A stretch of DNA of 64,000 nt from Fimbriosthenelais zetlandica (taxonomy: Eukaryota): NCBI GenBank assembly GCA_977030845.1, contig OZ365112.1, positions 19,964,001 to 20,028,000 of the forward strand. The letters run 5' to 3'. The position numbers and the translations under genes were made by a program. Below are positions 1 through 13,900 of the stretch, in pieces (within the stretch, counting starts at the first letter, position 1; each line of letters starts with the position of its first letter). The notes under the pieces were generated by a model. That model was not told the origin of the DNA. It saw only the letters and a list, made by a program, of their open reading frames with translations, and did not search any database.

Positions 1-410
1 CTTAATACACCTAGCAGCCCACACCCTATTATCCCATTCACACAAACAACAGGGAGATACTATTGCCCACATGTAATGCATATCATGTGCACAGCTGCAT
101 GTGCATGTTGAAAGCTTGGGGCTAGATGCTCTCAGAGGTAAAGCATGTCACGACCCATCCTCTAAGGTCGAGCTTCTGAGCCAGAGGGAGACTATACTGC
201 AACATGTACATGGGAGCATCAAGCAGAGGGAGTTTCCAATATCTTGCACATCTATAGTATAGGTGATGATTATTGCATTGCATTGTCCTATCTCCCACCC
301 ACAACCACTCCTGCTCTTGTTTTGCTTTGGACAACAGCTTGTGTGACTATGCCCAACCACAGGCCCCAAACCATTAACATAGAGCATTAATAATTAATGC
401 TGCAGCCTGG

Positions 411-480
411 GTGGTGGCCCAAGTGGTGGCGGTGGTGGTGGTGGTGGCTGGCAGTGGTGGTGAGCAGGAGCAGGAGCAGA
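411..480 (+). repeat. (GGT)n / (GAGCAG)n low-complexity G-rich tract upstream of the gene
   Basis: gtggtggcggtggtggtggtggtggc...gagcaggagcaggagcag read directly. Confidence 0.8.
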
Positions 481-485
481 GCTAG

Positions 486-500
486 GCCAGTCAGTAGTAG
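486..500 (+). promoter_or_regulatory. Possible Inr-like element (TCAGT at 491-495) for the main Slo1 promoter
   Basis: CCAGTCAGTAGT about 335 nt upstream of the ATG, just after a G-rich tract; the motif is short, so support is weak. Confidence 0.25.
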
Positions 501-827
501 GCAACACTCACCCACACTAAACTCTCCATTTTCTAACGTGGATTACAAGTGAGCGGAGGTGGAGGAACATGAGGATGGTGTGGTCAATGGGAGAGTGTCA
601 ATATTATTAGGATTTATTAATGCAATCATGGCGGGAGCTTTCAGTAATATAGTTCCCCTTATTTGAGAAGATCCCCTCAGAGATCTGCTCATACCAGGCC
701 TGTGAATATTGAACTCAAATACTGAAGCTGATGTGGATGGATCGAGCAAGAAAAATTGGCCTGAGAGCGAGTGAGTGAGAGCGAGAGAGGCAGAGGGAGA
801 AAAGCACACACACAATATAACACGACC

Positions 828-1139
828 ATGGGATCGCCTACTAACACCACAGTGAATCCGAACGAATTGTGCCTCCGGGACCGACACTGGTATGCTTTCC
901 TCTGCTCCAGTCTCATCACCTTCTTTACCTTCTTGTTGCTGGTTCTCGCCTGGAGAATCTTTGCCTGGCTATGCTGCCAGAGGAAGAGGAATGTGGTGGC
1001 CAAGGCAGGAGTAGGGCCTGGGGGAAGCCCCGCCAAAGGGCTTCCCAAAAATCCGGACACCGAAATAGGATGGGTTACTGAGGCCAAGGATTGGGCAGGA
1101 GAGCTTATTTCAGGACAGACGACCACAGGACGAATTCTG
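828..1139 (+). CDS. slo: Slo1 exon 1: N-terminus, S0 helix, S0-S1 loop
   Basis: ACCATGG Kozak context; in-frame TGA at 762-764 upstream; MGSPTNTT...[14 protein letters not shown]...[20 protein letters not shown]; donor CTG|GTATGT; 312 nt, phase 0. Confidence 0.96.
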
Positions 1140-3743
1140 GTATGTTCACTTTTTAAAATAATCCTTTTATGAAATATTTCTTCAATTATATATGAATTAT
1201 ATTTTAAATATTCTCACTGGTAGCTCATTGCATGTTGAATCGGAAATATCTCACCTGAATATCAAGGTTTTTTTCCTAAAATGCATCCAAGTAGCCTACA
1301 GCTCTAAGAAAATAACATTTTAAATGTTAAAAATTAGAAATCTCATATATGTTCTCCCCCCAAAAAGAAAACTAAAGTAGCACATATGAAGTGTACAAAT
1401 GTACTGATGCTCTCTCTAGTGTATCAGTATTTTTATTTATGACATAAAGATAGCACCACAGGTGATGACTTAGTGTTATAACAGAGCAACAGCTGGTTGT
1501 CATAAGATAGTCTGTGTACACTTGCCTAGGAACCGTCAGTAAGGGGTGCAGCCTAAAGGGAGGTTCACTCCAGGAGAGCTCTAGACCCTGGACGAGGTGA
1601 GAGAATCCTCCTCCTACTTCCCCCTTCACAAGTCAGGAGATGTATACCCTTGGTGTACTTGTAGACTGTATTGTGGTTTACCACTGGCCTAAGGTGGGGA
1701 CTCATTGATCTCAGTAGGATCTGATTGGATGAAATTACTATGGAAATTTGCCATTCAGTAGTCTGTTTCTATGGAAACTCAGTATCATGTTAGATACAAA
1801 CGCACTGTTAGGTCTAAATCCAGTGACAATTCCTCCTGCCTCTGAATTCAGAATATTACTATTAAATTAATAATGATTATTTTGTGTAACCGTTGACAGT
1901 CCAAGGTAGCCTACATACTTTATGTACATGGGTACCTGGGCGATCTAGATAACAGATTTTCAAAATAGGACCTACATAATTTACAACAATGCACTCTCAA
2001 TAATATATAAGATGACCAATATATTTTTCATGCCCTTAATGTTAATATCTGAACAACTTAAATAATATACTCACATATCGCAGAACCTCGGATACAAATC
2101 CCCTATTATAGTTGGATATAAAATTAAATGTTAGCTCATTTTGTCCACCCTTTCATCTATAAACAGATGTAGAATCGATCTATGCATATCTTATCTGATT
2201 TAACCGGTACAGTCATATAGAACTGATAGATGCCAGCTTTTATATTCTACCCTGTCCTTTATATAATCTTGCTTGTGTAAGCTAATTATATAATATGGAA
2301 ATGATGTACCATACAAGCCCCAGAATTCCTGTCAATGCTTGACCAGCATAATGACTGATAGCCCTGATAAATGCTAATAAAACGACCCCCCAATAAAAGA
2401 TTCTCGATCGATAAGTATTGTGAGATTCTTTACATCGATGGTATCCTTGACGCTTGCTGTTTTCACTGCATTTGTTTGGTGCTTTTTTACTATAATTATC
2501 ATCCATTATTGATTGGAATTGCCCATTGAATCTTAAATAGCGCACCTCAATCTAAAAGTTTTTAGTATGGCTTTAATGAGGTGTACCTGCCCCCCCCCCC
2601 CCAACCCCCGGGGACACACATACAGTAGAATGCATAGCAGATTGGGGTATGTGGGGTTGACCTTTTGGTCTAAGGTCATGATTTTAGAGATTGAAAACTG
2701 TTTTAAATTGTTTCAGTAAGGAATGAGGAAATACAGTTGACCCTTAATACAATCTTACAAATCGTCATTATATGAGAGCGAAAGACTAGAAAAACAAATA
2801 AACTGAAGCATTTCTTCAGTATGTAATGGAGAGCTTGTACTTATTAACGATTATATAGTGTTGGTTGGCAAGCAAACTCTCGTCCTCCACGGACCTTGTA
2901 CTGAGGTATGTATGACAACTCTGCTAGCACCCACCTTCTGACACGTCTAATGATCAAGGTATTAATAGAATGCTAATGATATAGCATCAAGTCTACAATT
3001 ACCCCCTCCTACTACCCAGACTGACTAGGAACTCTCACATGTGAATTATAGGATGCTTTATACAATTATATACAATTATATAATGGGTGAACATGTTATT
3101 AATATTTCCACTCTACCCCCTCATTTTATTATGCGTGCTTAGATCATGACACATTTTATAAGCAACTTTATATATTTAATAACCAGTCTGGTGGCCCTAT
3201 ACAGTCGGTCGTTTCGTGCGATTCGATTTCTTTTACATCAGATGATGCACCAGATGAACTAGTTGACACCTCTGAGCTCAATCAGTTGTATATATCTCTC
3301 CACAACCATGTAACAAGGGTGGTGTGGCTCCAGTAGTAGCGGATCTAGAGCTATATCTACTTGTACACAGGGGGGCACTCGTCCAACCACTGCTATGTTA
3401 TACACTATAGGTAAAGTGTGGAAGAGGAAGAGCAAGAGATGCTCTGAGCATGTGTACACCAACTCGCTGACACCAGGACTTTATAATAGCACAGGTGTTG
3501 GGACAAGGCTTATAAATAGCCAACCACGGTACGAGTTGGGAGCAGGAAGAGCAGGGGTAAAGAGGGGAGGAGGAAGGAAGGAAGTGTGTCAGGACGCTCT
3601 TTCCGCGTTCTTGTGCCACACCTGACTCCCATATTCTTATTGCCATTTTTATCCCATCATATCAATAAAATATGTTATTTCGCTTTTCCATAATAATCGG
3701 AAAGTTCCCTTTGTACATTTTCCCAGTTTTGTCATCGATGAAT

Positions 3744-3784
3744 GATGATCATGATTTTGAATGATCATGATTTTGAATGATCAT
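3744..3784 (+). repeat. 16-bp tandem repeat (ATGATCATGATTTTGA) x2.5
   Basis: Direct reading. Confidence 0.85.
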
Positions 3785-6241
3785 CAAGGTTAGGACAATA
3801 TTTCTTCAGATTTATTTAGTAAATGTAGTGACTATGATAATAGTGTCTCCTGGTATGCCACTGTTGAGGTTTGTCCTGGCTCTCGCCCATATTGCATTAT
3901 TAGACCTGGACGTGAGCTATCAGACCCAATCATGTAGGGTGACTCATCACGATCAGGCCCACAGGCATGCCGTGAAAGCTGCCAGTGAACCTTCCCATTA
4001 ACAAACTGATCGATGGCTGACCAGATATCAGACGGCCACGACTGATTTCTGGGCTAATTATATGATACCCAACTAGAACTTCAGCCGTCAGCGTAGCCAA
4101 CATACTAGGTCTTTTGCCCTACACTTATACATTCCTTAAAACGGTTCACCAAATGTGCAGGTTATGATTTATGATTAAAAAAGACTCATAATTGCGAAAG
4201 CATTTAATTGGGTAACTCTGAAGGCACTCTCCAAGTCGAGAATGTGCACAGGAGAAAAGATCTTAAAAGTTAAAGTGCCTGTACACATGTCCCACTTAAT
4301 ACACATGTGGTATTTCTGGCCGTGGTATTTAATCACGGCAATAGTTTTATATAGGTGGTCAAGTATATGAACAGACTAATCCTGCTTATGGGTTTATGTT
4401 TGAGGCCTTGTCCAGCTATGATCGCCTAATACCATCGGCTAATCCGGAGGATTTTCTGTACGGCTCACGCTCCGATGGAGGCATGTGACCAAGGATAAAT
4501 ACTTATGTAATGATTAAGTGAGGGGCTCAATGCACCTTCTGCATATGTATATCCATTAATCAAAGTTTTTAAACATGCTTACCGATTCTGCTCAGATTTG
4601 ATAGCCGTTAAGGAACTTATTTGTGATTTAAGATTGACAAAATCGATCATATAGACTTCACTTTGCCATTATAATATAGACTTTACCATTAAACTTTCTG
4701 CTTTCATTTGGTTTGAAATATTGAAAATACCACCATTTTTATTCCATTTTAACATACCTCGCCTGCATCTATAGTACATAATATTACTACTGTATTTCAC
4801 AATTAAAGGTCGAGGTGAAATTATAGATCTTTCAAATTCCTGCCCTCATCTTGCCCTCTCGTAGTGTGTAGTGTTCGCCCACCCAGAATATTATACCAAT
4901 TTACCCCAGCCAGAGCCTAGATGAGGGTATGATAGTCGGCCTGGAAGGAGGGGAGGAGGCTGCTCAAGGTTTATTATACACGTTGCTATAGGTATAGGAG
5001 ATTCTGTTTAAAGCACAGGTGTGTATAGAACTGTTTACTATGGCCGTTTGGCTCGTTCCCTGTGATTATTGCGCCCTGAGATCCGCTTACCTGGGGGATA
5101 TACAGCCTGCCAGAGTGTACAATAGTGAGTTAGTGAATATAGTATACATGTATACACGCTCACATCACCCAGTAGCCATGAAAGTTTACAATTTCATCAC
5201 TGGAATATATTACATGTATATCTCACTCCCTCGGCCTCCTCTCTGTTTTCATAGCTTAACAATTGATCAATCCATTTCCTCAGGAGAATTGATCTCGAGA
5301 TTCATGTGTGCCTAATCCATGCGAGTAGCGAAAAAGTTTTCATTCATTCTACATGTATTCTTATGAGTAATATATTTGTATTAAATGGTCTTCCCCGTCT
5401 CAATTCACGAGAGAACACTGGATGAACTAAAATAAATATAATATAGATTTTGTGGGTCATATCACTATACTATAGGGTCTTTGGGTCATATCCTGTGTGT
5501 TCCTTTCTCTTCTCCGGCTCACCTGTTATTTTCTTCCTCATGGATTGGATGTTTTTCTGTGTAAGGAGTTGAGGTATCATCTGTCATCCCCACCTCCTGC
5601 CCCACCCTCCTCTATTTACCTTTATATTCGTGGTTGAAATGGATCAATACAATCCGGAAGCAGCCAGGCATGCCCCGTAGCGCACCCCCCGGGTGGACCT
5701 CCCTCACCTGTTGTCCTGCTCCTACCTCAGACACAGACTGAGGAGCTGCTCCCAGTCAAATTATCACTCACTCCTACATACACCCTCACGTTTAAGGCGT
5801 GTCCACACAAAGGTGGTGGAACTAGCAATTAATAAACAGTCAGCTGGCCGCAATAATAGGCTGCAAATTGTCTAATAATTAACTCTAACCTGATGAATCA
5901 TGATTTCTCAGTGAATGTACCATTGCGTACACAATTATTAACACCCCCTTTATTTTAAGGTTCATTTGATGGAGTTATTTACTTTATACTGTAGTACATA
6001 TATATTTTGAGATTTCTATATTACGATTTAGCAACTCCTATTAGCCTCTTCTAACAACTATTTTAAAATTTAAAAAAAGTTAGACAGGATTATTGATGCA
6101 TTGACTGGGTATACATAATGGATGGAGTGGTGTGTATGGAGGCGGATGGGATGGGCAGTATAGACCGGCATAATATACATATATCTCATAGTCTATTAGA
6201 CTCACTCACGCCTGCTGGGTGTGTGTGTTGTGGCGGGGTGC

Positions 6242-6270
6242 GGGGGGGGGGGGGGGGGGTGCGGTGGGGG
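6242..6270 (+). repeat. Poly-G tract (about 18 G plus GGGGG), G-quadruplex-capable
   Basis: Direct reading; homopolymer length may be an assembly artefact. Confidence 0.8.
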
Positions 6271-9200
6271 GCAGCAGTCACACCTGTCTCACCTGGGATT
6301 CGATTAACTAATACCGCACACAACAAGCATGCCAAAACGCTCTCCGTCTTCAAGGATGAAATATTTTCACCACATGATCAAACAGACTTATAACATGGTC
6401 CTTTGAAATTGTTATAATAAAGGTGTATATAGTTGAAGGTACAATATAATGAAGGTACATGATAACGACTGATACAATGATTCGTCCATTATTAGTGGCG
6501 TTAAACTTTATTACTGGACCTGTATTTAGCATCATTGCTAAACTGATAGAATGTAGCTTCTTTTATTCGTACATTAATTCCCAATAGTAATACCTTGTCA
6601 AGAGTGTTAGCCTGCCTGTAATTGCTAAGTAAGCTATTGCTTGTCATCCATCTTGAATTGGCTGTTGAATGCCAGGAGCCTGAAGGCTAACAACAGCAAG
6701 AAGGCAGCCATATCTGTATGGCCAGTACCATCAGGCTTTCTCCTGTAACCTAAGCTGGCACAGGTCCTCCACAATTCATGGTTGCTAAGGCACACACATC
6801 ATTTATCATTAACGCGATTAGCAAGCCTTGTGTTCAGCTGCGGAGTTGAGAGCACGCACTAACTCATGGAAAACCAGGGGAGAGGCAGAAAGAAAGCTAA
6901 AGACGTGAAGTGCGCGAAAGAAAGAGGAGACTGAAAAATCAAAAACAGTTTTTGTTACTAAAACATAACAGTAAAAAATTGTCTTTGACATATATGATTA
7001 GAAGCCACATAGCAGTAGTCTATGAAAAGTAGAAATAAGGCCAGGTATTAAAATTAACCGCGCCTCGCCCCAACCCCCACACACAAGTCATTACATAAGA
7101 CCCTGATGAACTGTCAAGGTACAGTAATTAACTTGATTATCACCTGGTAACCCCTCACCTGGCCATTATGACAGGAGTACACATACTGTCATATCCATAC
7201 ATGTATTCATAAGTTATTGCTGAGTCAAATAACTACCATACCTAATTGCAATATGGTTCTTAGTCAGTCCAAACCGCATCAAATTTTCAATATATTTCTT
7301 ATTGATTATAGCCATTATATTTCATATTATTTTCTAAAAGTAATACTTTGTTTAATACGGGATATGATCTGAATCAATTTGGTGTTCAGTTTTTTATTGT
7401 AAGGATAATGGAGATAATGATATTGAGGGGGTTAGCCTGACAGCAGGAACACACAGATGTGCATGCTCTCATTTACTATGCCGCAGGAATCAGGCACAGC
7501 AGCAACAGCAGCATCAGCAACAAGCTTGATGGCAGAATGACCTATATCTACACCTGTTGAATGTATACTCTAGGAAGAACCACTGGATTGATTTGAATTA
7601 ATGTTTGTTGTTATAGTGACACTGCGTGGTCCTAGACTGCTCTACCAAAATGCCCTGATCTACAAACCCAACACTATCTAGTCATTTATTACTGAAATAG
7701 AAACTTTGGGGAATAATGAAGGCAGGGTTGTATTGAATAATTCAAAGAAGTATGGGAGTGATGTAGCTACATATGCTCTCAGTCCCTATATAAAGGTACA
7801 ATATGCAGAAATTGATGTTGCATACAGCCATTTTAGGTCGGTCCATTTGTACACATGTTATCTATATGATCATGTTGTACCATCATAATTTCGCCCATGG
7901 AAATGCAAGCCTATCAACAAAATACAATCAATGGAAATATACATTTAAATGTATGAGGAATTATCACAGGTATTTCACAAGCTTTGTGTGAGTTACATGC
8001 CTGAAGCCATCCCTGTATCTATGCACCTGATGAATAAAGCCACTCCTAAATTGATGTGGTTTCCTCTGGCTTATCCTGATGTGGCTTGCCAAGCATGTCT
8101 CCTCCCCCCCCCCCCCCTCAAGGTTGTACGTTGACTACTCAGCTACCGTTCTCTGGACGTGGTCAGCCCTTGGCATGACATTGATTTGACGACCGGCATT
8201 TATTAGCATGCTGGCCTAGGTCTAGCCACCAAGAGACATTCAGGCTATATGGTGGCTTATATTGGGGGAAGCTTTATGTCTTGACAGTCACATATGGCAT
8301 CTTTCACATAACAAGAACCAACATTGAAGGAATGAATGCAATTAGTAAGTGTTTGCATACGTGTATGTTTCATGTCAAACTGGGATGGGAAGATTTAGGG
8401 AAAATTATAGTAATACTGAATTTTATGGATAAACTGTGTTATTTCATATTGAAATTTCAACCATCTAGATAGACATTATCCACCATATTGTAGCAGCTTT
8501 AAGAATTGATCCTGATAATCGTCTACACTTGCAGCCTGCTGTGAGTCTGCTCTATTTTATGCACTGTACACAGCTCATGTTTTAACCTGTTGTCCTGTGG
8601 GGACTAAACTGGGGATTAAACAGTCATCCTCAGCCCTCCCACCTATAGAATTGGTTAGTTGTGAAGACTGTTCAAAGTCCTTTAATACATATGCCGTTTT
8701 AGCAAGTACTATTTAGTGGAAGTTTTTAATTGTTTCTCATGCTGCAATGGCCTCAAGGTTGAGTAGCTTCCATCCTCAAGCACTTGGGGACCTGTTTTCT
8801 AGGTTTTCTATACCAGAAGTATGGTGACACCATATATATCAAGTCCCAGATGGGCCTGTTTAGCCTTCTCTGTCTCCCATAATCTCATTTCTGGTCCATC
8901 CTCTTCAGAGTAGATGATTAGGGAAATGTATTTAAGGATTCATGGTCACCAGACCTGGCTTGCTTTTACACTGACCATGTAGCCAATGGCCAAGGGTATC
9001 CTGTCAGGGCAAATGATGCTCTCACATATATAACAACTGCCTCTCACCCTAAGTGGATGGCATATTTTGATGATGTACAGCATAGTTGCAGTTTTTAACA
9101 TTCCTTTAGTATTCTGGCAAGTAGGATGTACAGATATTCATCTCGGAATATATAATTTGTTTAAAGAATATATAAATATCCATTCTTAATGTAGCCTGCA

Positions 9201-10943
9201 TTTCGATATCATTTTAAAATCTGTATAAGCAATTCATGGAATTGACCAAGGAGGATGTTTAGGAATAAAAATATGGTATACATAAACCCTGGCCACAGTG
9301 TATAGATATTTGGATGCATGCGGAGGACTTGGCCAAGTTTAGCACTCATATATTTTCATTATACTGCTGGTTTTAGTGCCCGCTGAAAATTACTGTGCTC
9401 ATCTGCAAGTGAGAGGTATACCCCTCAGAAGAGGATTCCCCTGGCGATAATAGGTGAAAGGTTAAATAGAGCAAGGGGTACTGGCGTTCCCATGGCAATC
9501 TATTCATATTTCAACCCCTAAACATTCCCATATCCATCTCCTGTGTGAGAATGGCAAACCTTGAACTCTGATCCACAACATATCAAGATCACATATGCTT
9601 CATATTTACCCCCCCCCTATTTAATAGCAATCTTAATGGCTGGAACAGACTGCAGCCGCCTCCAGCTGCTTGCGTTTTTCGTTGTCATTTGACTTCAGAA
9701 AAAACCCAGCAGCAATCAAGCGTGTCAATTAGAATCAAGTCACAGAGGCCATCCGTTTGCTTGATTTAGGTGCACACTCTCTTGGCAAGGCTGAAGAGGA
9801 TGCACAAACAGACAGAGGATGCCATGAGCGCGACCGTAAAAACGCTCTGATATGCTCAAGCCATAAAAACATACATGTACCTGGATAATACTTTCGTATA
9901 TATACGAGGTTCGAATTCATTAAGTGATCTGTGCTATGTGGAGGTTACATGGAAATATTTCATTATATCTGCTGAATTGGCAATATTTTATTACATTATA
10001 TATCCACTCAGTGTTTTGCTATTGTTTGTATTGTGCTATGGAGTATTTGGGTTAGGGATCTAGGTGAGCTCTTGACTAGTTCCTCTACTTGTAGCATCAG
10101 AGTTTGTTTTCCTAGTGTGCTACATGCTCTCCAGTATGCTCTTTCTCTTTCTATAAATATTGGCCACAGATTGGAGGAATAAAATATTCTTTTGCTGCTT
10201 TAGCCGTGAGGTATTTAGAGTCTTTACTCGGGGTGTTTGTATATAGAATGGCCTGACCTTTTCTTTCTCGTTACGTCTCGTCAGGAAATCATGTGTCTGG
10301 GCAAATGTCTGCACTAGCCTTCAAAGGCGAAATAATTGTTAGTTCTTTCCATATTACTAGATCCGCTCATATGTTGCCTGGAATGGTCATTTTTGATAAT
10401 TAGTTGTCTAGTATACCCATTATTGATGTTGAGGAAACAGTACTGTGCTGGTAAAGTTAAATTTAGGTGCAGCCAACAATTCAGGTGACACAAAGGTTTA
10501 CTTTAGCTACCTGTATGGTTGTATAATCTTACAATCTGCTGGTGGTGGATTCACCTCTGGGGAAATCTCCTTTCAGAAAAGAAACAGTCGTTTTATTCAT
10601 ATTTATTTACTGTAAATTCATCTGTGCTACGTACTCGAGGCTTATACAATTTATTTTTCTATCGTATCTTTCCCTGCTCTCCCCTTCTTACCTCTATCTT
10701 AATTTTTTCCCCTCTCACTCTTCCACCTCATCCCCTTCCTCCACCTACTCCGCCTACCACTATATACTCAGCACGAGGCCCCATTCTTCAGCTTTCGATG
10801 ACTTCTGCTCCTATGTTTCCTAGCAGCTTAAAATAGCGCTCTATAAATAGACTGTTCCTCGAAATAGAGCTTTGTATTAATTCCGTGTCATAGGATCGGC
10901 TGGTCCAGGCCAGCATGAGTACTACACTATACGAGCACACCCT

Positions 10944-10965
10944 CACACACACACACACACACACA
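10944..10965 (+). repeat. (CA)n microsatellite
   Basis: About 11 CA units. Confidence 0.9.
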
Positions 10966-13900
10966 TAACATTGGTATTTCCCCCCACTTACGTCAGAAGT
11001 CTTATCACAAATTAACAGATTAACTTCACATGTTGAAACTGTGAGTTGTTTACTGGAGGTAAATGTAGGGGAGAACATAGGCTGCCACGTGTGGGGAGCA
11101 GAGAGAAAGTTCTCCTCACGAGCTGGTGCGTTTTATCTGATCTTGTTAGAAAAAATGCAGACATTTAACGATAGCACTCCATGCACATGGGTAGAAAATC
11201 TTTTATCTATACAGGTCTATAACAACCTTTTACAACAATATCCAATATGATGGGCTTGGCTCAATAAAGCTTAAATATTATGTTATATTGAAAGTGATTG
11301 ATGTGCCACACCTTCTGAACAACAACAAACAAATAAAATAAGTTAAAATAAAACCTTAAACATACGTAAATTTACACATAATTATTGTATGGATTCGGAG
11401 ACCTTTCTAAATTCTAGGTTATACCTTAGAGCAAAATACATGTAACTTGGTTCTATCCTTTCTGTTCCACCAACGTTGGTTACCATTCTTTCTTTCACTT
11501 CATATTTTCTGCAGCCTTGACCCCATAGTACTAAATGGGGGATGTATACCCAGACCTCCTCCCACCACCCCTGCTCCTCACAACACCATCTTCTCTCTCC
11601 TCGCTCTACCAACGTATCGATGCATATATATACCTCGTACCTTGCCCGTGAACTGAGAATACACCTTGGAGTCGCACTAGTTAACGTGTGCATACCACGA
11701 CCAAACCCTGATTTTGCCACCTTCAATGATAGGGATCCTCAAAAAGTTTCACAATATACATCCTTTACCTGAAATATGTCCTAAAATATTGATCATTCCC
11801 CTGATTAAATGGTATATTGAGCCTTTGAAATGCGTGCCCATACATTTATGTATTACAATACATAGTATGTTGGTATCTTATAATATTATAGTTCCGGCCT
11901 ATCTATAGGCATACCCTATTATTAATGGGGTACCTTTATAATAGTTGCTTGGATAACATACACAGTACCCACATATACATGATGAATATACATGCATGTA
12001 TGCATGGGAATGAACTCGCATGTATTGATCCAACATTATTATCCCACACCAGAATTTTAAATTTTATGTATTGTTGATATGACATTGTAACGACTGAATG
12101 GTTATTATGGGTTCTAGGTTCTTTAAGGGTCAGCACCACTTGCCCCGATTATCAGTATATAGTCAGGTGCTCCTTCTATACTATACCCCTATGTTCACCC
12201 TTCCAAACTCCCTCCATCCCTCCTCCCGTATATTCCTCTTGCCCCTTTCCCTTCAGTGTCTTACTCTTTCTCCAGGTGCCCCCTATTTGCACGTCAGAGT
12301 ATACAGGGGCTAGTATTTGTGGAATCTCTCTTCTGCTGCAACTACAGGATTGTCGCTCAATCCTCTACCCCCTCCTACTTCATCATAGTTAGGGTGTCGG
12401 CAGTGATAGGAGTATATGTTTTGTTTTTACTACAGATTGCACATGGGCTTTCTGTCAGGTTTTACAAGGCGAAACGAATGCACTGTGTCTAATAGTACTA
12501 TTAATTTGTAGTGGGACTATAATTTATAGTGTGTAGGCATGTACATTTATAGGATCATTTCAAATAAGTATCCATTTAAAACTCGTGACCAAATTTTACA
12601 AATTTTGTTCTTGAAATAATTCCTGTGGCCTGAAGCTGAGCTCTCGCAACCTGTGCCAGGTGCAGATTTCTAGGTCAGAGCCCTAAACCCTCGTAGTAGT
12701 AGGCGGAGGCGGGCAGTAGTCAGTCAATCATTCTGCTCTGTGAGTCGGTGGCTTTGAGAAACCCATGAGGCCAAAGGGTTTAGATCACGCTTTAAGTTCC
12801 ACATTATATAGATAGAACCCCGGGTAATTTCTCTCCATGTTTTGAGACCCAAGGGTTTATAAAAGTATTCGAATCATGGATAGAAAAATTCTTCATGAAT
12901 ACAGGATGAGCTGGTCCAAGTCTGATTCATATCCTAGTATCCACGATCTGCTTCAGAAATTCTTGTCAGAACCTTGAGGTATATTTATCTGAATTTTGCT
13001 CCAAGTTGGAATTTCTGACATTAAGTGAAGATGGTTATGTTTCTAAGCAGGGTCAAGTAACTGAAAGTTCAATCCTTTATAGTTTGGCCTGAGCAGCTCA
13101 TGAGTCCATGCATGGCGCTGCTTGGTTAGGTCACGGCAAGGTGCCGTCACTAACATACCTCCAGGCATTACAGCACCAACGAGATGTGAACAAAAATTAC
13201 TGACCTAGCCAGGTAACCTGAAATATTGCTCTTTAGAACAGCCGACCATATTTTCTGCATCTTCTGTCAGATTTTCTGCTTGTGATACGAATTCTTGGGT
13301 TTAGAAAAGTAGGTTAAATGCAAGTCATTTGATGTAACAAAGATCTACGCAATAAGTATACATAATTTCTTGCATAGATACCTGCAGTATGTCAGCACAG
13401 CCTCTGCTTGAGTATATTCCAAACTGATAGATTATTATGGTGCTATCTGCTCAAGTATTATGGCCTGCTGCATTGAATACTGTAAAATGCCTCTAAATTC
13501 AAGTGTCATGTTTCGTTATCTTTTAGGTAGAGTATTTTCCAGACAACACTCTCAGCATGTAAAATACGCCCTGGCTAGTGGTATTTATCACACCTGGGAA
13601 TCCTAATATCATCCTACTCCACGCTATCTATCATTATTAACCATGATTGATTTTGGTTACCATGGCAGGCACAGCTCCCTCAAATCATTTTATGAATGAT
13701 CCATGCTGCTTTTAAACATCAGGCGATCTGAGGAGCGGACTTGTATCCACTTCTATATCTGATAATGTATTGTGAGATGCTGAGTTATGGCCTCTTTACT
13801 GATCATACTGTGTAAAACAAGAATGATATGATCACCAGATAATGCCTGCTAAACCTGGCTCAGCATCCAATCCATACATCTCATGTATATGTACAACTTC

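Noticed and set aside
771-827. GTG-initiated N-terminal extension from the ORF track
   Set aside because: GTG start is a track convention; ATG 828 has a strong Kozak context and the upstream part is purine-rich UTR-like sequence.
543-1126. Minus-strand ORFs of 114 and 145 aa
   Set aside because: Antisense shadows of GC-rich exon 1 and its leader; no recognisable product.
10827-10850. MEF2-like CTATAAATAG sites (also at 24307)
   Set aside because: Several matches are expected by chance in 64 kb of AT-rich DNA.
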